Assembly: GCA_034780895.1 (NCBI GenBank)
Contig: JAUZTB010000001.1
Coordinates: 44,172,841 to 44,236,840 of the forward strand
DNA: 64,000 bases
Direction: 5' to 3'
Origin: Rhynchobatus australiae
Taxonomy: Eukaryota
Shown one piece after another: positions 26,791 to 40,012 of the stretch. The notes beneath the pieces are model-generated. The model made no database searches. It saw only the letters and a list, made by a program, of their open reading frames with translations, and had not been told where the DNA came from. The stretch's first letter is position 1. Every line of letters starts with the position of its first letter. The translations under genes were made by a program, and so were the position numbers.

Positions 26791-27923
26791 TACAAAGTAG
26801 ACTCTTGTTTCCTGTGCAAAGTAAATGAGAACGAAATCTTCTGCAGCTTGCTTTTACTGAATAACTAAAACAAATTTATTCTTGATCAAAATGTTACCTC
26901 ACAATATACTAAGTCTTGTAACTTAAATTCCTGCCTGCATAATTACCATTCCATAGTAACTTTCAACCTATGGCAATGCTGTATCAATTTTCTTCCAAAG
27001 TCACAATCTTCAGGGAAACCTCTATGATCCACCATTTCTTCCAAATTACCATGAATTTTGCCATTTAAACACAAAATTAAATACAAAAGGTTCAAAATGT
27101 ACATCTTAACTAATAAATAAATTACATGTACGCTATAGTTCAATTATACCTGCAATACAGCTTTTCCAAAGATTAGGGAATCAACTAGCATAATTGTCTT
27201 CGATAAACATAAACCCCATTTCTTTTATGTTAATAGGCCAAAATAAAATCCAAACAAATAAAATGCAAGGTTAAAATTGTGAAAAATACTGGTCTTTCAA
27301 CTCTTCAATCTAGTTTCAAACTCATTTCAAACTGTCCAAATGCAAGTATCTGTATTGAGTGCTGATTGAGGACAGTATTTCATACAAAGTTGGCAATTTC
27401 ACTCACCAAGCTAAAATGTGAAATGAAGTAACATCACAATAGTGTTCTTTTAATGCAGGAAATGAGGCAAATTATTGGGACAGGGTACTGGAAGGTTTGT
27501 TCTGTTATATTCAATCTGAACAAGTTAGATACTGGCATACACATGGTATTTATTCCATTTCTCTTCGCAAGATTCATTGCAACTGGGAAAAACTAGTTGG
27601 GCTCAATATGCATCATTATATTACAAAAAAAAGCATTTTATAATAAATTGATTTTCAGGACTTTGATATCACTGGTGACCCAAGCATTATTGCCCATCTC
27701 TAACTTCCTTCGATAGTGTGCTATAACCTTGAATTTTCTTGTAAAGGTACTCTCACACTGCCGTTGGGGAGGGATTTCCAGGATTCAGGCACAACAATAA
27801 TGAACATTTTTAATGAACATTCTCTGTATACTCATATCCCATTATTTACATGGCTCCTATAACAGAACTTTATCACCAATAATCAATTTCAACTCTGCTG
27901 CAGGAACTCTGCCGAATTAGCAG

Positions 27924-28184
27924 TACAAAAAAATTCCACTAATCCGGCACACCTGGGACTTTGGTGTGCCAGATTAGCAAATGTTCCAGATTATTGGATG
28001 TTAATTTAAAATTCCAACATACTTTAAATTCAAAGGTGTTACACACTAACATTTCAGTGACCCTGGGGAGTGGTCAGCAAACATGGAAACCAATGATCGG
28101 AAATTGCAAACTGCATCTGCTGAGCCAGATGCCAAACCATCAGGATATCGAAATAGTTAAACAGCAGATTGGACTTTCACTGTA
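27924..28184. mobile_element. Tc1/pogo-type MITE-like element
   Basis: Degenerate termini tacaaaaaaattcc.../...ggactttcactgta, with a subterminal hairpin ctaatccggcacacc / ggtgtgccagattag. Confidence 0.5.
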
Positions 28185-28589
28185 CAGGNNNNNNNNNNNN
28201 NNNNNNNNNNNNNNNNNNNNNNNNNNNNNNNNNNNNNNNNNNNNNNNNNNNNNNNNNNNNNNNTACAATAAAAAAAACTCAATATGGTATTGAATGGCAT
28301 GAATAGCACACAAGACTGATTAGATCAAATTAAAAGTGGAGAAAGAGGAAGCTAATGCTGCCAATTGTAGGCATGAACAATTGATAGCATAACATCCTTT
28401 TGTATTTAATAAGATGGAAGCATGATTATATGCACAGGTGTCCATAAATCAGACAAGCATAACACGGGAATGGCCTGTATAGTCTTTTACCCTTCCTTGG
28501 AACCTTCTTCAAGAAAAACTAATCAACACTACCAAAATCCAAACATTTGCCCTCGGATTTTAGTTATTATATTGCAAGTCTTTGCACTA

Positions 28590-28931
28590 CATAGATGTAT
28601 ACAAAATTATGAGGGGGAAAAGATAGGATGAACGCATACAGGCTTTATCCCCAAGATTGGGTGAGACAAGAACTACAGGACATAGATTTAGGGTGAAAGG
28701 TGAAATATACAAGGGGAAATCGGAGGGGGAACTTCTTCACTCAGAGGGTGGTATGAGTGTGGAACCAGCTGCCAGCGGAAGTGGTAGATGGGGGTTCAAT
28801 TGTAACATTTAAGAGAGGTTTGGAGGGATATTGTCTGGGTGCAGTTAGATGAGACTAAGCAGAAGATCCGGTGGGTATGGACTAGATGGGCCAAAAGGCC
28901 TGTTGCTGTGCTGTAGTACTCTATGACTCTC
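28590..28931 (+). mobile_element. CR1-type LINE 3' end
   Basis: ttcttcactcagagggtggta...gtggaaccagctgccag and tail ctctatgactct. Confidence 0.85.
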
Positions 28932-31479
28932 CACAAAGAATGTGAACTGTCAAGCCTTATTAACTATTCATTTAAAAAAGAGTGAAATACAGACATCAAG
29001 AGTGGAAAATAATATTCCAGTTCCAACTTGCGTAAATGTTACAGGAGGGCAATGTCAGGATCTGAATGAAATGAGGGAATAACTTTTAAAATTCTGGGCA
29101 AGTTACAAAAATGCCACACCACACTTACTGTAGACCTACCATTTCCAACAATACAACATTATCATGCAGTCGCTTTAAAACAAACTTAAATACGAGAAAC
29201 AAAATCTGATTGTGCAAATATGAATAGTTTACCAAAAGACAAATTATCCATTAACAGTGATTTTAAAATTTATATGAAAACTTTATGCAAATATCAACAT
29301 GTTTTGCACTTTCTATCCTATCACTCAGATTTTCACCTTCTACAAAAAGACATAACACAGANNNNNNNNNNNNNNNNNNNNNNNNNNNNNNNNNNNNNNN
29401 NNNNNNNNNNNNNNNNNNNNNNNNNNNNNNNNNNNNNNNNNNNNNNNNNNNNNNNNNNNNNNNNNNNNNNNNNNNNNNNNNNNNNNNNNNNNNNNNNNNN
29501 NNNNNNNNNNNNNNNNNNNNNNNNNNNNNNNNNNNNNNNNNNNNNNNNNNNNNNNNNNNNNNNNNNNNNNNNNNNNNNNNNNNNNNNNNNNNNAGAGAAT
29601 AATGACTAAACTTTATTTCCAAAACAAATCCAACATACATAAGCAAAACTGATGCAATTTTCTGATATAAATGTGACAGAAACCATTCACTGCATTAATG
29701 TCAATTAGAAATGCCAAAATTTGGATGACATTAGATTCCCAGAAAACCCTCAAACTTCCATCTCAGAATCGACTCTTTTAACAATCCCAACACAGGGATC
29801 AAATATTTGAAATAGAATCTCACACCAGAAACATTCTGGAAAATACAAGACTTGTCTTGTGGTTTTGGCCCCAGTACCAACTTCCTTCTTAAATCTTTCC
29901 TTTTTACCTTCATTGTAAACGCACAATAAAGAACTCAAAAAGACATCAGCTTTTCAGTTGTTTCTGCTTCTTCTTCTGTTGTCAAGTACTCCAATTCTTC
30001 AGTGTGAACTTGTTTTTCTATTTCTCTCTCTCTCATTCTCAAGCTCTTGGAAATCATCAGCACAGACTACATCTTGCTTTCTCTAAATTATTAACTACCC
30101 AATCTGCTTTTCTGTCCCTCATATTCTAAATGATACATACATTAACTCCCAAAAATAACTCCTATCGAAAAATATAAACCCCTTTCTCCTTGCAAACATT
30201 TGCATAGTCTCAAACTTCACTTATCAAAATCCTTCACTATGTTANNNNNNNNNNNNNNNNNNNNNNNNNNNNNNNNNNNNNNNNNNNNNNNNNNNNNNNN
30301 NNNNNNNNNNNNNNNNNNNNNNNNNNNNNNNNNNNNNNNNNNNNATACACCCCTTTCTCCTTGCAAACTTTTGCATAGTCTCCAACTTCCCTTTTCAAAA
30401 TCCTTCAGTATGTTATCCTTCTCCGGTTCTCTACCATGCCCATCCTACAGCTCAATTAAAATTCCAAAAGATTTATGTCCCTTCCAAAACACAAGCCACC
30501 CTAATAAATCAGAAGTGTCAATTTTCAATTCTGATCAGAGTGCAGTATTTCTTTTTTTCTGTGCAACCTTTGACACAATTATCTTATCATCCCCCAACCA
30601 TCTCCTCCAATTTGTGGTTAGGTAGGATTTCATCGAGTTAAATTCCCATGATGTCATAAATTCAGGAATTTCCCAGTGATCTGTGCTTGGCTTCTGGTCT
30701 TCTGGACTTGCACAACACCTTTTGGTAACATCACCCATACACTAGTAATCAGCTTGTTCAAGTGCAGTCACAACATCTAGCAAAATCTCTCCTTTAGTTT
30801 TCCCACTGCAAGTATTGTAATGACTGCATGTTCTACACGGTCATAACAAGACTACTTTAAGATACCACTTTGTCCACCCAAATGTACACAAACAAGTCAG
30901 GACCTTGCCATAATGCCTGTACTCTTTCCAACCAGCACTTGTGGTTAAATCTGAGTATGTCCCACCTCAGTGTTCAAATGACTCCACACTAAATGTTACT
31001 ACACCAATTCCTCCACGACCAATTTTGTTCTAGTTTAGGCCAAAAGATTCATTCCCACCTTTATAACAACATCACCTGGCTGATCAACCACCAAACTTTC
31101 TGCCTATGGTCTATTCTCTCTCTCATCATCACTGTTTTCATTTACAAGATGCTGGTCCTCCAAATAAGTTGTACTTAAGAGTTTCATCTGAGTTCAAACC
31201 ATCCATAGAATCACACCTCCTTATGTCTAATTTTTCCAGTGCTAAAATCAACTCCCACAGCCACTTCCTAGTTACAGCCTTTTTTGCATCCTCTTCTTTT
31301 GGAACCCTCCCTGGCACACATCACAAGATACTTGNNNNNCCAACTTCAAGTTCTCAACCATTCCACTAACCTCTTGAACAAAAGTGCTTTTTTAGTAAAC
31401 CCATTTTCCTTAGATCAGCAGTCATTTTCATTGCATCTCTGAAAATACAAATAGGAAAGCGGCAGCTAAGGCAGATGTG

Positions 31480-32190
31480 AGACTCTAGAGAACTATGCCG
31501 GTTAATTAATAGCAGGAAACAAATGGAAGATATGTCTAGTCGATTTTTCTTTGCATCAGTTTTCACTGTGGAGGACACTGCAAATATCCCAAAAGTAACA
31601 GATGGACTAATTTCCAATAACTAGGAGGAAGCTGTAAAAGTCCCAATCACATGGAATGAAATAGTAGAGAATGATGGATGGCACATAAGGGTTTTAAAAG
31701 AGGTGGCTGCAGATATAGTTAACCCATTGATTAAAATTTTTCAAAACTCGCTAAATTCAGGAGGGTACCAGAAGATTGGAAAAGAACCAGTGAGACTTGC
31801 TTCTTCAAAAAAAAAGGGAAGGAACTACAGACCAGTTTAACATCCATTGTTGGCAAGATGCTTGAGTCAGTAATCAAAGAGGAAATAACTATTTAGGAAA
31901 ACTGAATATAATCAAAATGTTAACATGGTTTTATGAAAGGTAAAGCATATTTGACAAATTTGCCTGAATTCTTTGAGGATGTGACAGGAGGAGCTGATAG
32001 AGGGGTACCCATAGATGTAATGTATTTACATTTCCAAAGGCATTTGACAAGGTACTACATAGGAAGCTGGGACATAAATTAAAAGCCCATGGTGTTGGAG
32101 GAAGTGCATTAGCATGGATTGATAACTGCCTATCACATAGAAAACAAGGAGTTGGAATAAACTGGTCCTTTTTCAACCTGGAGGGACTTC
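31480..32190 (+). mobile_element. CR1-type LINE, RT N-terminal fragment
   Basis: Degenerate NYRPV, HGFMKG and FDKV motifs (gaactacagaccagt, catggttttatgaaagg, gcatttgacaaggta). Confidence 0.8.
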
Positions 32191-32545
32191 ACAAGTTCCT
32201 GCCCTTAGATTAAATATTTTTAAACACCCTTCACTGAAATATAACCTTATTAGTCAACAGCATTGCAGCTTCTTAAGGTAAAGAATCTAATTAGAAAAAT
32301 ACGCTTAGCTTATGAAAATCAAAAAAACCAGATGCTGGAAATTGGAAGCATTATTTTTGACGTTGAGCCATTGTACTGCATGTAGAATAGTGCTTGTAAA
32401 ACTATAAAACCCAGCTCTCAATAAAACCTCAAAGAGCTCTGCTAAGAACAATTCAGAATTCACAAGGTACAAACAGTAACTTAGGTCAAGACGTATGAAA
32501 TTCTACAATATCATCATCTTAGAAAGGCAGAAGTATGAAAATGAC

Positions 32546-32745
32546 CTGTGTGTGTTTTTCTGTGACGTTGTAGCTCATCACTGCGAGTGAACCGTTTTCC
32601 ACAAAACACCCAGTTACACACAAAGGGTCGTTCTCCTGTGTGCCAGCGAAGATGAGCTCGAAGGTGGGATGTTTTTCCATAAGTCTTTCCACAACCTGGA
32701 AAATGGCATATATGCTGCTTCTTCTTGCCCAAGTTACTGGAGGAT
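32546..32745 (-). CDS. SP3: SP3 coding exon 6 (C2H2 zinc fingers 1-2)
   Basis: ccccag|A...G|GTCATT. Encodes [63 protein letters not shown]. Confidence 0.95.
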
Positions 32746-33169
32746 CTGGGGAAAAGAAATAAATTCAAATATTATGGACACATTTCAGTCCTTTTCTCTG
32801 AATTCTGTACATGTTTAATATAATTAAAAACTCATGTAGATTTAACGGCAGTTGAATTAAACAGCAATAGCAATTGAAATCAACTTGAAAACTATTTCTA
32901 AAAACATACTACATAGTAGCTTCCAAGAAAATATTCCAGATGTTTTGCAAAATAATAGTGCACAGAGAGCACAGTCCTTCATTTCTGCAATTTTTTTAAA
33001 ATTTAGAATTAAGTTGCAAATTGTGCAATTATTCTGAAATTACTGCTACTCACATTATTTTACATCTTTTAGGATTATATAGCCAGCCTTTAAAATATCC
33101 AAAATAATTATACAAAATACTGAAATCCAGATATTTACTATGTATACCTCGAGCAAATTTACTTATATC

Positions 33170-33608
33170 AACATAGAACAGTGCAGCACAGGAAGACCCT
33201 TCAGCCCACTGACCAAAACTAATCCCATCTGCCTGCACATTATCTGTATCACGCTATTCCCTGCCTGTTCACGTCCCTGTCTAAATGCCTCTTAACTATT
33301 GCTGTCATATCTACTTCCACAACCTATCCCGGCAACATGATCCAGGTACCTCTGTGTTGAAACAAAACTTGACTTGTAAGTCTCCTTCAAACTTTCCCCC
33401 ACTCAGCTTAAAGCTATGCCCTCTAGTATTTGACATTTCCACCAAGAAAACTATTCTATCTATGCCTTGCATAATTTTGTATACTTCTATCAACATGTCC
33501 CTATGCTTCCAACCATCTAGAGAAAACAATTCAAGTTTGTCACTCTCTTCTTATAGCTAATACTCTCCAATCCAGGCACATTCCTAGTGAACCTCTTCTA
33601 CACCCTAA
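33170..33608 (-). mobile_element. CR1-type LINE 3' end
   Basis: MLIEVYKIMQGIDR...SNTRGHSFKL. Confidence 0.85.
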
Positions 33609-34754
33609 AGATATAGAATGAATATAGAAAATTCAGATTGATGGCCAGAATGATGGACATTAAACATGATTTTGTGTCTTTGCTGTAGAAAAAAAATGAG
33701 GATAAATAGTCACCAAGTCAAAGGATACGAGATTAAAAAGATCTGATAAGGCCCTAAACAGTTGAAGCCATATCATCATTTTAAATGGAGGAACAGAGTT
33801 AAAGGAGAATTGAGAGGAGAAATATGAGAAGTGCAGTGAAAATGTGGCAGGATTTGAACAGCGGAATGGGACTTTAGAAGTCCCTGAAAGAGGGACAAAG
33901 GTTTTGGATGACTGAAGTAGTGAGAGGAGGCGCACTGGAGTCAGGGTATTAGCAGCAAATATCTGCAGATGCTGGGAATCTAAAATTAAAAAAAACAGAA
34001 AATGCCAGAGGCACTCAGTAGGTCAGACAGCACCTGGAGTGAGACACAGAATCAAATCTTTCAGATCAATAACACTTCATACCTTGAAAAGTGAGAAAAC
34101 AAGCATAGTTTCTAGTTCTGATAAAGGTTCATTAATCTAAAACATTGACAATGAAATGCTTCCACACTCTACTAATCAGATACAGCCCAACCTGTCAAGT
34201 TCTTCTGGAACTTTATTTGCTTTACGGAGCGAGTCTAGAATAGTTTTCTAACAATAAATGAATAAGCTGTTTGTAATTGATAGCAACCAGGGTCAAGGCT
34301 CAGCTTGGAATTCAACTGGACAGTGAGGTTGTGTGTAATCAGCCAAAAAAAATGGATGGAGTNNNNNNNNNNCTTCCATCATCCTGATGTTCATCTGCAT
34401 GAAGTTACAACTTATCCAGAACTCCTCCTCAAGCCAATTGCACAAATACTGCCCAAGTGTTGAGAAAGGTGCAGCAAGTTAGGTTTTATTACTGCACATG
34501 TAGAAACTGTCCCCTTGTCTGGAAATGCTTCCATTACAGAACAGCTGAAATAAGACAAGCTTGACCCTTGAGGGACAGTAGAGGTGAAGAAAGCCTTACT
34601 AGAGCAAGTCCAACTGATAAGTGAAGTAGAGACTGTTCAACAGCAAGGACAGAAAGATAATGAGAGAAACTTGGGACTGGACTTATTTGGGAATGACCAG
34701 TGGCATGAACATTATATTATAATGACTTAAGGGATGGGGCATCACAGTAAACTG

Positions 34755-35390
34755 GATAAATTGGAGACACCAGGGTTGTTTCCTTGGAGCAGAGGAGAGA
34801 TGTACAAGATTATGAGAACCATTCATAGGGTAGATAGTCAAAATCTTTGTGTCATGGTAGGGGTATCAAAAACAAGAGGGAAAGGGCAGAGTAAGGAGTT
34901 ATAAATGGGGATATGAGTGGAAGGATTTATAAAGGGGGATCTGACAGGAAAGCTTTCCTTTAAAAAAAATACACAGACAGGTTGATATCTGGAAGATGCT
35001 GCCAGAGGTGGTAGAATCGGGTGCAATTACTCAGTTTAAGCGGCATTTAGACAAACACTTAAATAGGCAAGGCATGGAAAGACAGTCCCAATTTGGGTGA
35101 AAAGGATTAGTGTAGTTTGGTAAAAAGGTTGGCGTGAATATGGTGGACTGAAGGACCCATTTCTGTGATGTATGATTTTGAGAACTTATAGATGCATTTA
35201 AAATCATGAAGGGTCAAAATGCACTAAAAGGGTGGTGGGAGCAGATTGAATCATGCTGTTCCAAAGAGTACTGGTTAAATACTTTAAAGCAAAATGTTTA
35301 ACAGCTGTGGGAGGGATAGGGTAATGGGATTAGTTGGATTGGTTTTCCATTGAACTAACCTGGACTACACAAGTTGAATGCTCTTGTAAC
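34755..35390 (+). mobile_element. CR1-type LINE 3' fragments
   Basis: Degenerate ORF2 end and tail similar to the other copies. Confidence 0.65.
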
Positions 35391-36287
35391 TTGCGAGTTT
35401 AAAAAGGAATTGCAAAATGGAATATTTTGTATAAGTAATAAAACTTTAGATCTCAAAAGGAGCTGGCCCTTGTGACAGTTTAAGCAGAGCTGTATTCCAA
35501 ACTGCTAGAAATTGATTTGGTTCAAATTGAGATTTAAGCATTCTATTTACAAGCAATCTCGCATTGTTTATTTTGCATGGACTTGTTGAAAATTCAAAAT
35601 TAAGATTGATGACTAAAGAGGACAAAAATGTACTAAAATATTTACATTTCAATTTAGATGCAATGGCTAATTTGCATTTGATTTACATTTTGAAAAGCCG
35701 AAAACTGGAAATCTAACTTCCATAAATAAAATTTTGAAAGTCCTGCACAGTAGCCAAATCTTAAATTTGCAAATAAAGTTTAACTAATGCAATATAACTC
35801 ATTCAGGGTAAGGATTTTCACCTTCTAAGAAAGCACCTATTATCTCTATAAATTCTGAAATCAAAACGGCANNNNNNNNNNAACCCTCATAAAATGCTCC
35901 CTCCAGATAATTTAATTCAGCACTGACCAATAGATATCACCAATAATAGATGTTCAATCACATTAAAAAATTTTTTATGAATGGCATATTTTAAAAAGGT
36001 ACATCAAGAATATTTAGAGGAAAAAAATTAAACTCTCAGATAAAAACCAACACTTGTGTCTGTGATAATTTGACTACACAATCAAACACTAGTTAAAACC
36101 AAATTAATTAATTCACTGTGGACATTCCAGTAAGTCCAAATAATTCCAAAGCAATGAAAGGCTAATTTCCATAACAAATTAATAAAATTCTGCAGCATTG
36201 GTCCAGAAACGTGAGCATGGTAATGAAGTAAGCAAGGGGAAAGAGAACTTCAATAAATAAAAGATATTATATTAAACATGAGCATAC

Positions 36288-36510
36288 CTTCCCAAGACAT
36301 CCTTACAATTAGGACAGGTACATGCAACTCGGCGAAGTCGTTTTCCTGGTTGATACTGCTGGTCACTTGCATCCTCATCCAGGTTCACAGATACTTGTGC
36401 TAACTCACTGGAACCAAGGACTGATGCATTTCCCACATTAGTCACTGTAGAAGGCTGTGATGCTAGTTGCCAGGATTCGGAGTCATCTTCTTCTTCTTTT
36501 ATTTGAATAT
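36288..36510 (-). CDS. SP3: SP3 coding exon 5 (IKEE SUMO/inhibitory motif and buttonhead box)
   Basis: ttccag|AT...AG|GTATGC. Encodes IQIKEEEDDSESWQL...GKRLRRVACTCPNCKD; phases 1/2 fit the neighbouring exons. Confidence 0.95.
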
Positions 36511-39500
36511 CTGGAATGAATAAGGCCATGTTCAATCTCACCTATAGATTTCAAGATGACAAAAGTGCTTCTGATAAATTTTCATCAATCAATATCCCAT
36601 TGAAGTATAGAGATATTTTATGCAATCATTTCTATTTTGAAAAATTATTGGCAGATATTACAAGTCTTTCCATTATAATTAAATCTGATATCATGCTCTG
36701 AGAGCAAATTTAAATGCAAGTATCTGGACACAAAAGAAAACTAACTTTCTCGTGCAACTGTGCAAACAGGGTTGAGGTTGACGCCTAAGAGCTTCACCTA
36801 CTGCTTTCAGCAAACAATTGCACTGGAATTTGGTAATATTAGCTATATCCCTAATGTAGTAATCAAGGTCAGGAAACTTAAATTCATAATTGGTGCATGG
36901 TATATTAAGATCTAAATATGCTAGAAATTGGAAATAAAGCAGAAATGTTGGAAATACCCAGGTCAAGCAGCATCTGTCGAAAGANNNNNNNNNNNNNNNN
37001 NNNNNNNNNNNNNNNNNCTGATGATTGCTATTGGAAATGTTAGAAGTAAAGTGAGTTTTTAAAAATATTGAAAAAGGGAGGGGATAAGAGAAGGAAGAAA
37101 GGATGGATGGCAGAAGAGATTAAGTAAAGGTCAATGGGATGGTCAAAGGTCGATGGGATAATAAAAGCATTAGTGAATAATGAAGAATAAATATTTGGGA
37201 GCTACAAATAGAAGACAAATACACATCTGAAATTCCTGGCAAAATCATGAGTGCTGGAGATGTCATAATAAATATGCTAGAACTGCTGAAATAATGTTGA
37301 ATCCAGAAAGTTGTAATATGCCTAGTCTTAAAACAAGGCGTTGCTTCTTAAGCAGGCATTAGGCTTTAAGCTGAAAACAGCTCTGAAATAGATGCTTCCT
37401 GACCTGCTGGGTTCCTCCAGCATTTTATGTGCATCGCTCTGAAATGGAGCGGCTTAAGTGAGAGGCAACTAGTTAACATGGGTTTGNNNNNNNNNNNNNN
37501 NNNNNNNNNNNNNNNNNNNNNNNNNNNNNNNNNNNNNNNNNNNNNNNNNNNNNNNNNNNNNNNNNNNNNNNNNNNNNNNNNNNNNNGTTTGTATTTGCAG
37601 ACCAAACAGGTGCTCTGCATGTCATTCGTTTATTCTGCATTTAGTTTCCACAATGACCACTACAGTGAGCAGTGAATGCAATGTATTAAATAAGAAGGTA
37701 AAAGTGCAGTTGCAGTATATCCTTTCACTGAATGTGACGGCAGCATGGATGTTGATGGAAATTAGAGAACCAGAGTATCCTGGAGGAAATATTCCTTTAA
37801 AATTGCTGAAAGAGATCAGGAAGTACATTTTGCTGGTGATATCACATTGCAAACTGAAGATATTTGTTCTTGGTGGACGAGTTGAAGTACAGATATATAG
37901 TTTAATACACATTGCTGGGGTTTGAAGTACAGTGGGAATACATATCAGAATGGTACTAATGAATAATATACACTGATTAGGTCAAGTGGCTTTGAATGTT
38001 ATCCATTTTATGTGATTGAAATAAAACAAAAACAGCTAACAATGTTACAAGTATTTTCTTTCCTTTATTGTGTCAACACTAAAAGTAATCTTGAACCATA
38101 CATTTACAGTCCTGTCTAACCATGACCAATTCTGGCATCTGATCAGCCTCATTGTTGCTGTACCTTGGAAGTTAACAACCCTGTTGTGTTGATGGCAAGT
38201 TGTTTAATATTATAATTTATGCTCTACCAATGGCTGAACACAGCAAGTGAAGCTATACTTGATATTTATACACAAAATGAATAAACTGCTATTATTCAAG
38301 TTAACCTACAACTTAATAGGTTACACTGTTAAAAGCATGTGCGAAAAATCTTGAGTGGATTTTATAAACTGGGTCATCCAATCAAATTAGAATTTAAGGT
38401 ATTTATTCAGTGTCAGGAATGCTATGAAAGGCACTTGAGTACATTGACAATAATAACAAATAAGCCAGAACACAACATATAATGGAAATGGCCATATTAA
38501 AAAAAATCTATTAACACAAAATCTCTCCAATACACTTAGCCTCAATTAAAGGCCTTGATTTCAAAATCATGGTGCCAGGAAATAAACCTTGTTAAAGTTC
38601 AAATATTGCACAATTTATGAACAAATGTAGGCTGAGTGTTTAAGGGAAGAAGATTTACAGTAGGGATCCAGATAAACTGAAAACCATGACTACAGAAGCA
38701 GGATTGGAAACAAAGTTGTCATCCCTAGAAATAAAACCAAGCAGAAATCTCAAGTGGCACGAATATTGTGCTCCCCAACCACAAGTTGAAATATGTTCTT
38801 TCCCAATATGAGAATGTTTACTGGGTCTTACTCAAACTTCATTCTCTACCAAAATAGATTAATGATCAGCATAAAAAGCAAGATTTAGTTTGCATTCTCC
38901 CAAATTAGATTTATTCTTTTTTTTAAACTTGGGATACAGGCATCTCTTACAAGGACAGCATTTATTGTCCAAAAATAACTGTCTTCAAGAAGCTGTTGAT
39001 GAATCACCACCTTGAATCAATGCAATCCTTCTGATAAATGTACACCCTCAAAGCTGTTGGGTGGAGTGTAGGGTTCAGACAAAACAAAAGAAATACAACT
39101 TCAGTTACAAATGCCACTTAGTCCCCTATTCCACAATGAAACAGAATTGTTCAAGAGAGACAACTCACAACCCAAATGATTATATAGCTCTGTAAAAGAG
39201 TGGAATTAGCCAATATCTCCAACCAAGGGTATCAGAAACCAACAAAGGCACAACAAATAAACTCCTTCTCAAAGCAGCAGAAACTTGAGAAGAGAATGTG
39301 CAGCTGGTGACATTCCACTGCCTACTGCTTTTGTCCTTCTTGTGGTAGAAGACAGATTTGGGAGATACAGTCAAAGAACCAATGGCGAGTAACTGTAGTG
39401 CATTAGATTTGTGGCATATATAGTACACATTGCCAGAGGTAATGGTGAAATCAGATACAATTATTATGGTTAAGAGGCATTCAGACACTAAAGTAGGCAA

Positions 39501-39844
39501 GGTATAGAAGGAGACAGACCTAATGTAGGCAAATGGGATTAGTGTAGATGGACAACAATATTAGCATGGACATGGTGGACTGAAGGGCCCCATTTCTATG
39601 CTGCTGTGCTGTATGACCACAATTCAAAGTTGCTGCACTGTATTTTACACATGCTTCACACTGCAGGCACTGAGAGCGAAGGTTGAGGGTCATACTATCA
39701 AGTAGATTACTCTGTCCTGGTTTCTATCTAGCAGTATTAGAGCTGCTTTTATACAAACGAAGATACCATCTTACTCCTGACTGGCACCTTGTAGGTGATG
39801 GAAAAGCTTGGACAATTCAGGAGACAAGTCACTCACCTCATAAT

Positions 39845-40012
39845 CGTCAGACTTCATTAGGTTGTGGGAGAAAATTGGAGCACCAAGAGAAAAGTCTTGC
39901 AGTCACAAGGACAACATGCAGTCTCCACACAGACACACAGGTCAAAATAGAACCCAGGTTACTCGAGCTGCAAGGCTGCAACTCTACTAGTTGCATCACA
40001 GTACCACCCTGA
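39845..40012 (-). mobile_element. V-SINE 5' half
   Basis: Reverse complement of the tRNA-like head and V core. Confidence 0.65.

Noticed and set aside
30178-30416. Imperfect ~65-bp duplicate across a gap
   Set aside because: Probably two haplotypes or low-quality contig ends joined by Ns.
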